The notes beneath the pieces are model-generated. The model did not search any database, was not told the DNA's origin, and saw only the letters and a program-made list of their open reading frames with translations. A DNA stretch of 64,000 nt from Lama guanicoe. Its lineage: Eukaryota. Within the stretch, counting starts at the first letter, position 1. Each line of letters opens with the position of its first letter. The stretch spans positions 29,581,277 to 29,645,276 of the forward strand of contig MU057352.1 in assembly GCA_013239625.1 (NCBI GenBank), in the 5' to 3' direction. A program made the position numbers and the translations under genes. Of this stretch, positions 39,001-49,120 are shown piece by piece.

Positions 39001-41399
39001 TTCATAAGAAATTAGCGAAGAATTTTCTGACATGATTCTGATTGCTTTTATCTCTGAAGGAACAGAACAATGGGGACTGGGCGGGGTCGAAGGAACGTGG
39101 GGGCTATTTCCAAAGGGATAAGATGAGATAAGACACTGGACTGAGGGGGTAGAGGTGAATCTCTGTTCTTCCTACACCGAGAGATGCAGTGAAGAAAATG
39201 AAAGTGACGAATTCTTTTTCTAACGCCGTGTACAAAGTAAAGCTACTACTTCGCAATCCACCTGCCACCTAGAAGACAGAAACGAAAACAAAATCTCTCT
39301 TCCCTAAAAGGCAGTAAGCATGGCTTCAGTAAACAATCCTGGCTTGGGGATGACTGTTAACTTAGTCTGCCTGCGTTTTTAAGCATAGGTAACTGCAGGA
39401 CATCTACACCAGGTGCAGACTCAGGCCTAAGAAACCTGCGCTTTCTGAGCTTCCTACTTATGTGCTCTTTTCAACCAGCCTGTCCTTTGTCCCTGAGGCA
39501 TGGCTCGCCCCACAGCTGCTCTTGGCACCAGCGTGGTGGCACAGTGCCTGGCGTGCAGTCGGTGCACAACAGCTGTTAGTTCTCGCCCTGGAACGTCACA
39601 AGCCTGGAGACTGAGACAGGAGAGGAGCTGCTTCGCCGTGTAACCCAGGCTGCATCAACCAAATGCAGATTTCCACTGGGATCTCTCCAGTATGGTTCCG
39701 GGAAGCTAGGGGTCACATCTCCCTTGATGACAGCTCTGTGTGAGTTTCAGGACAGCATGTCTCATCGAGCTAAACTGGCATAATCATGGATGTCTGGTCA
39801 TCGTCTGAAATCTGCTGAACCTCGGCTTGGAGAACCGATGTGCCCCAAATCTGAAAAACTTCAGGCCTGTGTAGTATCCGATGTGGTTCCTAAGAATCAT
39901 GCAAACTGGGAAAGTATATTAATTTAAGCAGGAAAGAGGCATATCTAGTACTCAATATAATTTTATCTTCTCTTAATATTTTTTTCAAATTCCAGGTGAG
40001 AATTTAAATGAAAGTTGAATATGCCTTTCCACATTAGCTAAATTTGTGTTCCATAAAATAGTTGACAATGCAAGTTTTGGGGTGAGATGATACCTCATTC
40101 TTGCTACTCTTCAGAAAAGGACATTGGTTCCTTGAGCAATGGGCATGCTCATCAGTTTCTTTGATTGTTAACGACACGGTGTATATAAAGCACGCGTACA
40201 ATAGCAATCGTGTAACAGGCCAGAGGTAGGTAGCGGACACATTTTGACGTGTACCCTAACTCCATTCTTTTATTGGTCATGGTCTTACCTGAAGGGTTAT
40301 ATATAAAACTTGGAAGCTGCATCTGAGCTCAGCAGAGAAATGCCATGATGAATTAGTGATGTCTGCCAGGGACATGGAGAAGGGACGTGATGAAGGGGGC
40401 ACGTGGCAGCCCAAGATTTACTTATTTGTCATCCCTGTAAGAAGCAATTCATGTGATTTCCCACATAATGTCTTTGGCATCAGTGAGCCCATCAGTCTAA
40501 TGGGTATAGTCATACTTACCATATGTGCATCCTGGGGTGACAGGAGCTTCAGCTGAGTTGATGCTTGTGAAAACTCTTATAAAGGTAAGTAATTGGGGAA
40601 AAATCAAAATAAATAATTTATATCATTATTTAATTATTCACTGATGATAGTTGGAGTGGCTTATAGAAACATAATTGCGTTGCATCACAAAACCTCGGGT
40701 TAGTAATGCAAACTGAGAAAAAGACATTCTCTTGGGAATTAAATAAGTGTACTGGGACTACATTGCCCTTCTCCCAGGACCCAGACTCCTAATCGTGGCA
40801 GAAACTCCTGGCATCGCCTGCCACCAGGCTTCACCGCTGAACACTTCTTCCACAACTCTGCCTTTGTGTTGTCAAATTTATGTTTGCAAACATGGTAGCT
40901 TTCTAAACATAGAAATCTGATGTGTTCTTGGCAGTGTCCCTTGGGGCTCCCAGAGCCTGGCACGTAGTAAGCCAGCAGGGAGACCTTTGTATAATCCATT
41001 CCGGGGTGAGCCCTGCAGGTGTGCAGCTGCCGGGGACGTAAGGCTTTGCTGTCACGGGGAACAAGGTTCTATTTGACAACAAGGTACGTGCTGGAGGGTG
41101 GAGAGTGGTGATGGAGAGTGGTGACGGGGAGTTCCAGGCAGGGCATGTGGCTAGAGGATTAGGGCGGCTCTCTGCTGTCCTCTGGTCCATCAGTGTTTGC
41201 AAAGAAAGACTCCTTCCCATGGCTGGAGATGGGGGGCTGGCCCAGCCTCCTGAATCAGGGAACCCGGACATTGAGTTCATAGGTTAAGACCCTAAGGGGA
41301 GGGTATATCAAAGCGGAGGTGCAATCCCGGAGGGATGCTGACTGCCTGACGTGGCAAGTAGGCAGGTTCTCAGAGCGGGTGGAAAGATAGACGCCCTGA

Positions 41400-42040
41400 C
41401 CTCACTCTGACCTCCTTCCTGACTCCTCTCCGTTCACCGCATGGCAAACTTGGATGCTGCTTTCAAATACAAAATGGCTGAAGGCATTTTTCTGTGTTTG
41501 TTTTTTCCTAAAGTTCTTCAATGGCTTCCTGTTGCATAAAGAATAAAACACAGGGGGCTTCCGTGCTTAGACTCCAGCAGATAATTCACCATCTGACGCG
41601 GAGGCCTGGTTTTCCAGCGCCAGCCCCCTCGGGCCACCCGCAGCCCCCAGCGCTGTCTTCAGGCTGCGGGGGCCCCCCCACCGCGCGCTGGCGTGGCGCT
41701 TTCTCCCTGGGGTGCCTTCCTCTTCCTCTTCGCATGTCTGGCCCCTTTCATCTTCTTTCCTCTTTTAACTATCATTCGCTCCACCCATCCTGTATAAATA
41801 GGCATCTTACACTCTTCCCTATTGTGACCCGTTGTTTGTGTCCTTCCTGTCACAACAGTTCACTATGATCTCTTCGCTGCTTTGCTCATGTTTCATTAGC
41901 CATCACCCCTCCCAGGCTGCAGACTGAGTAAAATCAAAGCTTATGAGTTCGAACCTCCTTTAGGTACAAGTATCGACCACAGAACCTTGCCTGAGTCAAC
42001 ACCAAATGCACATAATAGGGCTTCATAAAATATGCCACAA
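41400..42040 (+). mobile_element. Degraded L2 fragment(s)
   Basis: cctaaagttcttcaatggcttcctgttgcataaagaataaaa...; 3' end agaaccttgcctgagtcaacaccaaatgcacataatagggcttcataaaatatg. Confidence 0.6.
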
Positions 42041-42591
42041 GGAAGGACAGGAGCTAGAAAGAAAGGAAGAAACGAAGGTAAGAAGGAAGAAAAGGGAGGG
42101 AGGGACGAAGAGGTGGACAAGCTCATGACGTCAGCGGGATGTGACCCCCGGGCATGCAGGAGCCACCTTCACCAATGCCCCTTCCACCCTTCGGCGTCAA
42201 GGTCAAGTGACACCTCTGCACAGACGTGCTTGATGCCCCCTTCTCTCTACTCCCGTCACATCCCTTACGTATCTTTGGAAAGAGTGAGCGAAACAAGAGC
42301 TATACTCTTATGCGATGCCCTTCCACCGTGAAAACCCTGGCGGCAGAGAGGATGTGTGAGCTGGAGCGCGGCCGCCGGGCACTGAAGTCAGCTGCGGGGG
42401 TTGTTGATAGTGGTAGTTTTAGTGGTAGCGTCATAAACTTCGTTTTTGTAAAATAAATTACAAGTCTGTGTCTGCTGGTGACCTGGCTTATGACTCAAGA
42501 CACGAGCCTGTGAGGCTGAGGCACCAATTGCTTTTTCTGTCCCTTCGCACTAACAGCATCAGCGCAGGCTGTGCGTCTTGCCTGTGCTTTA

Positions 42592-42757
42592 TGGCAGCTC
42601 TTCTGACATTTAATATACAGACAAAACACCGGGGATCTTTTTGGACGGCAGACTCCGATTCAGCATGTCTGGGGTGGGGCCCAAGCGTCTGCAACTCCAA
42701 CAAGCTCTCAGGGAATGTTGATGCTTCACATATGCAAGCCACACCGAGGAGCAAAGC
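42592..42757. mobile_element. MER5A-like hAT-Charlie MITE
   Basis: caccggggatctt...gcagactccgattcagcatgtctggggtggggcccaag...ctccaacaagctctcagggaatgttgatgct...ccacac. Confidence 0.85.
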
Positions 42758-42959
42758 TCTAAAACACCCTTCAATCCAGAGAATCAACAATAAAGCGATC
42801 TATCAGCCTCTGGAGGAATTTTGTTTTCTGTTGACAGAAGCCCCCCAGTCAGCCTAGAGCCATAATTCAGTGTCAAAACTAATTTCAGGTAAAGTGAATG
42901 TTAATGGCAACCACGTGAACCAGTGGCTATTGATCGGCTGTGCCTAACACATGCTATGC

Positions 42960-43140
42960 CTTTTGCTATTTATGGGGCCCTGACAAGTTATACGGCCCCC
43001 CTGAACCCCTGGTTTCCTTATCTGTAAACCAGACATCGTAAAAACCCCATCCACGGGATTCCGCGCGGGGAGTAAGATACAGCACGCCCTGCCCTTCGCA
43101 CAATTCCAGCAACAAACAAGCACCCGATAAATGTTATCTG
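42960..43140 (+). mobile_element. MIR SINE
   Basis: gacaagttata...ctgaacccctggtttccttatctgtaaa...aagcacccgataaatgtta. Confidence 0.65.
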
Positions 43141-44126
43141 TTTTTCATAGGTGCTGTTTCACTTTCAGGGAAACCATTCCAAATTCTTACCAGGGAGAAT
43201 TACTCACTCTTAACCCCATGTTGCCGAAAGAAAAGAGCGATGGCTGTTCATGATCTGTTCCGGTTCTTTGCATCACTGCCTGTCACACATCCTCATCCCA
43301 GCAAGCTACAGTCTCGCTGGGGGACGCGCGGTCTCGCTGGGGGACGAGTGGGCTTGTATAACTGCTGGAGGAGGTGACGGAGAGCGAGTGACTGCTAGCC
43401 GGGCTGGTCCCAGGCTCCTCATCTGCTCCCCTGACCTCAGGACGGATGCTCTGCCCTGACTCCTGGCTCCCACAGAGCAAGCAATTCCAAGGACACGGTC
43501 TTGAGAGCAATGTGTTGTTAAGAGCCTTTGGACAGTGCACTTGACTGAACCCTGGTAAGGCCTCTCTATAAACTTCGAGGGTGCTGGCGGGTGGGCGGTG
43601 GGCGGTGGGGAGAACTATTCGTCATTTGGTCCAAGACAAGCCCCGTATGTAAGTTATTTGCTTATTCGACCTGCCACCTACCGTCTGGAGCGTCTGCCTC
43701 TCTCTTCCCTCTCTCGCTGCTCCCCGTGGGCAGCCCCCGACCAGCACACCAGCCGGATCCCCGGTGGGTCAGCGCACTCGCTTTCATTACTTGACTTTGA
43801 GGATAATTCAAAGTGGCTTCTTCACCCGGATCCTAGACATCAGACATTTTCAAAGGGCTCCTACCTGCCAACATATGTCTCTGTAGTCTTTCTATCCCCA
43901 CTGCCAAGGTCCCGCAGCACGGGCTTCTGCAGGGGAGCCATGCCCATCCCCCCGCAAAGTCCTCTCCCCCTGCTGTCAGCATCAGTGGAAATAAATCTGT
44001 GTGAATCCTTTCATGGCACAGTTGAGGCAATTCGCTTGCAAGACAAGTTTCCATGTCACATGTGTATCTATTTTTTTTCTTTGATTCTAATGTGAAACTG
44101 GTTAACATTATATATATATATATATA

Positions 44127-44616
44127 TTTAATCTAGAATGAGAGAGGGAAGTCCCTCTCTCTATTGATGGGACAGCAAGTAAATTCCACTTTAGGGTTTA
44201 GACTCCAGGCGTCACCTTGCCCTGCAGCAGAGCTAATAAGTATCTTGGAGAGAGTTGAAATCATGCTGGATAAGAAAGAGAAGAATGGACTGGCGAGTGG
44301 GAGGTCACACTGGTGCAATAACTGAACACTTCCCTGTGAAAGAACAGGCATGTTTCTCATAATGCCCCGAAGAAAATTCTGTGCTGCAATAAAGCATGGC
44401 ACAGGTCGTGAAATATATTTCAGTGATCCCAGTTGTGCAAAGAGTAGGGTGGACTGACGTGGCGATACCAGGTTCTCCCGCACTTGAGAAGTCCAATCTG
44501 AGGTTGGAAATCTATTCAATGCGGCTGTTGGGCGTGCCAGCTGCGCTAGCACTCGATGAAGAGTTGGCACTGGACATCTTTCGATGTTAGCTCCAATATA
44601 GTTAATCTGATTCTGT
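44127..44616 (-). ncRNA. Candidate terminal exon of an unannotated minus-strand transcript (lncRNA or small/de novo ORF)
   Basis: Acceptor ctttttgtggctttcag|ACAG at 44617/44616; non-repetitive sequence; ATTAAA at 44132-44127. Pairs with the donor at 45301. Motif evidence only. Confidence 0.4.
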
Positions 44617-45199
44617 CTGAAAGCCACAAAAAGGTGGAAACCATGTCCTCTGGCCTCAGGGCAGGGCCCAGCACATACTGGACGCTCAGTAAGGACATAG
44701 ACAGTGAGTAACTAGACCCCCGTTTCATCCCAGATCACAGGAGACTAACTGGTAGGTGCCCTAAACTTAGCTATTGACTGAAAAACACAGGAACAAAATT
44801 TTAGGAGCCTTCTGGGTAGTGTATTAGCTTTAAGCAGCCGGGAAAGCTTGAACTAAGGACAATCCCTTAGCCTGAATTCCCCGTTCCAATTGCGAAGGCA
44901 CAAGCCAGTAAATGTAATCACCTTGTATTCACATTCACGTCACAGCGATTCCTTACCCGGTGCCTGTAACTGTCTCAATTATCTGAAGTGGTTTAACACC
45001 ACAGCCAAAAGCAGACTAGAGTTGGCAATAACAATAAAACTGAAAAGGGTCCTGGCTACTTTACGGCTCCGTGGGACCATTATGCTCCTCAGTATTCAAG
45101 TGAGGCAGATAACAAGAGGGCATTAAAATTTTAGCACCCTCAGACAACAGTATGGTTATTGCTTATTAACTATACCAAAGGAGCACAATTAGTTCAATA

Positions 45200-45400
45200 G
45201 GTAGCGTCATGCGTGCCAGCGACAGAGCGGAGGGAGGCAGCGGCCACGTGCAGGCCTGAGAGGCAGCCCCGGCGCCGCCCGGGACCCGCTCCTCAGCTCA
45301 CCGCACGCAGACGGAAGTGACACACGCGGCTGGAAGAGACCTTCATCCGGCGCCCTTTCGTTTCAAGTGTGGATTACAACTTGCGCACCGCAACAGTCAT
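45200..45400. promoter_or_regulatory. Small CpG-rich promoter-like island
   Basis: About 20 CpG in about 190 bp; ETS motif CGGAAGTG (45312-45319); E-box CACGTG (45245-45250); TGCGCA near 45382. Minus-strand Inr-like TCACTTC followed by splice donor GCG|GTGAG at 45302/45301. Confidence 0.65.
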
Positions 45401-46158
45401 TTTCATGGGGTTACTTTTTTCCCCTTGAAAGAAAATGAGAAACATTTCAAGCCTTTTCTTTTTTTCTTGGCTGTCTTCTCCCAATGAGAGTGAGGGGAGA
45501 GGACGTGAAGGGAGAGAGAGAGATGTCCGAATGTTTGTCAGCTGTAGCTGTTATGAAAAGGAATTCATGAATCAAAAGGCAAGCACACTTGGAATTCAAA
45601 AAATGCTGCCACGTTGTTTTCGAGAAGCACTTCTGAAGTTTGTCTTAGCATCTTCACGTGTTGCTGAACATTGTTCCCCACCAAAGGGTGATTGCTTTAA
45701 TTTTTTTTTCATGTATTTTTTAAATCCCTCATCTGATGGATTAAAAATGGCATCTGATCGTTGTTTTAGTTTATATGTCCTTGATTTCTAGTGCATTTTT
45801 CATTATGCCAAATGTTTGCCGTTTATTTTTTTGAAAACCAAATTTCCTAGTTTAACTGCTTGTCTGTTGTCCACATGGTTTTTTTTTTAATGCATCACAT
45901 AATGGAAGGAAAAGCCAGTATGCAACCAATTTGGCAATATATATTGTAAAATTTTGACCAATACAAAATGACAATGACCATATACGAACCTGGACAAATT
46001 TGTCCAGGCTCTTCGATTACATTTATTACGGTGAGACGCTCACTTCCTGGCGAGATGGCCGAGCCAGGGAGTGGGCAGCTTCAGATATCGGAAAGTTCAG
46101 TGTTACATTGACCTAACGACTGCTGTCAATAGTGTCTTTCATGCTTCCTTTTCTACAG

Positions 46159-46258
46159 GAAACAATATGAATGCATCTCAAAATTATCCCTCATGACAGA
46201 AACCAAACATTAAAGAACACGTGGCATGTGATTTCGCTTACATGGAATTACCGAAAAG
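46159..46258 (+). ncRNA. Candidate 100-nt non-coding exon, apparently exonised from an old L1 3' fragment
   Basis: Strong acceptor tgcttccttttctacag|G and consensus donor AAG|GTAAGT. Stops in all three frames. The body resembles L1MC/ME 3' sequence (atgaatgcatctcaaaattat...agaaaccaaac...tgtgatttc). Confidence 0.55.
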
Positions 46259-46344
46259 GTAAGTCAAGTCCGACCAACAGGAACCAGCAAATCAGTCTGA
46301 AGTCTCAAAATTAACAAGAAAATATTCATTTTACAAATCAACTT

Positions 46345-46540
46345 GTGTACATGCGGCGCATTTCGCTTTATAAATCACAAAGTATCTATTTTGATCCTCA
46401 CCTGAAACTGAGAAACATACAATACTAGTATCTCCAATGTACAGAGATCCAGACAGATCATGTGGCTTTCTCAAGGTCACCTGTTAGAATAAAGACAAAG
46501 CTATGACTTGAACACTTTTTTTCTAACTTCTAGTTAAATA
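46345..46540 (-). mobile_element. MIR SINE
   Basis: tctattttgatcctcac...tagtatctccaatgtacagaga...tttctcaaggtcac...atgacttgaac. Confidence 0.7.
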
Positions 46541-48790
46541 TTTTCTCTACTTCTCTATGGAAGTCCTGCCAATATTTGAAAGTAATTAACATTCCAGTCG
46601 TCTTCTCTGTTCCAAACTAAAATCCCCGGGGTGATGTTTGAAGGTAATCTGACTAATGTAAGCAGTGTCCCAAGCGGAGGGCTGTTCTTTATCCCCCTTC
46701 CTCCTTCTGTCACGTTCTGCCTCAGGTCTGGAACTACTTGCTAAGTGTCAGTCTAAGGAGAGTGATGACCGCGGCGAGGACTGTGGAAACTGCCCTGAGA
46801 GGAGCGATGCAAAGCTCTGCAGGTGTTTCATCTGTAGGAGAGGACATGGAATTCGCCTCCAAGCAGCAGGACAATCTTAGACAAGTCCATACACTTTGCA
46901 TAGCTCTGGATAGCTAACTTAGGATAACAAATGTATGCTAGATGGAAACTAATTTCAGTCCCTTCTACCTTCTCTAGATCAAGCTAATGTTTCAATGCAT
47001 CCTGAATCCTTTCAATGAGTGAACAGATGAGTCAATGAGGAAGATCTTTCAAGAGTCACAACTTTTCAAATAGAAAAATAGGCTGTTTCACAAGCATGAT
47101 CTTAATACCTACCTTTCAAACCCTTACATCAAGCAGGTTTTCAGAACCACATGTTCATCGGTTCCTCTGCACCCCTGATGCCTTGTTTCTATTTCGAACT
47201 CCCGTTATGTCCCTAGTAGGTCTTTGAAGTAAACCAGCTAGGAATGCTGTTCACTGCAGACCAGCAGAATACTAGACTGAAAGTGCATCTTGTGAAATTT
47301 TGGAGTTCAATCAGAAAGTCAATGCCACAAAATTTAAAGTCAGAAATGCCAATGGTGTAACATAACAGCTTGACGTCACTCAAAGGAACTGAGTTACTGG
47401 ACTCCAACAGCAATGACAGAGGGGCTTCTCACCGTGAGTGGGCGATTGCTCCACGTCAGCATTTCTTGAAATGTGATCTGATGACCATCTGTATCACTTT
47501 GGCACATTGTCTGCAATCCATGAAATTATCTATCATGATTAGATTGTAAAAAAGACTGAATGGACAGATGAATGGACAGCTGGAGAACAAAAGCAGAAGC
47601 AGGGAGGCTGGTTACAAATGTTTTCCACTGGTACAGGTGAGAGACATTGGTTCACAAAAAGCACACACATCAGCACACCATCAGATGGCCATCTCCGCCC
47701 TAGCATATTGGACTCTACAGGAAAGTCATCCAACATAATTCAGCATCACTCCACCTTCAGAGATAATTTTTCTTACCTATTTTTATGGGTGTTGGGAAGA
47801 TAAACCATCAGTGCAGTTCATTAAATAGACAGAGTATATTTCGTATTTATTTTTTTCAAACGTACTCCCCCACTCCATGAGTGACAGCAGCCCACTAGGA
47901 GTCGGTACACCACTTCCTAGACTGTCACCAGCAACCTAATACCACAGTCACCTGCCATAAATTTTAGAAACAGGTCAGCCATTGGGTGAATCTTCATTAG
48001 GTGCACTGTAATTTAATCCTATTGGTGAACGTGGAGGCCAATCACTTGGAATAGATTTCTATTGATTTGTGTCCAACTGAATTTAATTAAGCCCCAGTGA
48101 TTTGCATTGAAAAAATTATATTGCACAGGCTAATTGGGTTGAAGGCATTTGCACTAAGGTGGAAAGCATTCATGGCATGATCCCACTGCGATGTGGCTTT
48201 AATATAGGCTCCTAGGGTGACAGTTATTGGAAAATTGTTAGGACTCAACAAATGCTTCAGTTACGAAGAGCGCACGTCACAGGAGGATGAGCTGCATAGG
48301 TCGTGTCATTATGCTGAGCTCTGGCTCTGTAACCTGTAAACAGCTCGAGATTGTACTGTTCTTCTAATGTGATTTGACTTTAATTATAAGAAACGAGAGA
48401 TGTCTGCAGAGAACAGAGGAGGTAGAGAAGGGAGCCAGCATTTATTTAGCCCTGGGTGATTCTTTTGTATCTTTGTTTTTGAGTATTAATGGCCAGAATA
48501 AATGTACAAAGAGGTGCTTTCGTTGAATACACCTTATGGAACATTTCAGATCCTTTCAGCCTTGCTTGCCCCTTATTCCAGCCACCACTGCACAGCAAGA
48601 CACATCCTGCCAGCACCCCCGCCCTGCAGCCTCAGATCCTCGACAGTCTTACTTATCTTTTGGGGCTTCTCTGTTCATTTTACCACAAGGAACATTACAG
48701 GAATCTACTGGCAGACTATCCACAAGCAAATTGGAAATGCAGGATGGTTAACGTCCCAAGGAGAGAAACTTTGAGTGAGGATGAATGGGA

Positions 48791-49120
48791 GCTATCATGG
48801 ACTGAACATCTGTGTTCCCCCGAAGTTCACTTGTTAAAGTCCCACCACCCAATGTGGTGGCATCTGGGGGTGAGACCTCTAGAGGAAATTAGGTTCAGAC
48901 AAGGCAATAAGGATGGGGCTCTCATGATGATATTAGTGCCCCTATGGAAGGAGACAAAAGATGCATCTCTCTCTCTCTACCATGGGAGGGCACTGCAAGA
49001 CGAAAGCCATCTGCAAGATGGGAGGAGGGGCCTTCTGAGAACCAAGTCAGTTGGCACCTTGACCTTAGACTCCCCAGCCTCCATGAGTGTGGGAAATAAA
49101 TTCTGTTTTCCTTTCTCTTA
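48791..49120 (+). mobile_element. MaLR LTR (MLT1A/B-like)
   Basis: atggactgaacatctgtgttcccc...cccaatgtggtggcatctggggg...ggcaccttgaccttagactccccagcctcca...aaataaattctgttt. Confidence 0.92.

Noticed and set aside
40581-40590. Perfect plus-strand donor AAG|GTAAGT
   Set aside because: Lies at the end of a MIR-like fragment with no strong acceptor upstream; compatible with chance.
44546-44616. Possible last coding exon of a known gene (..RIRLTILELTSKDVQCQLFIEC*)
   Set aside because: I do not recognise the peptide and found no upstream coding exon in the matching phase, so no gene name is assigned.
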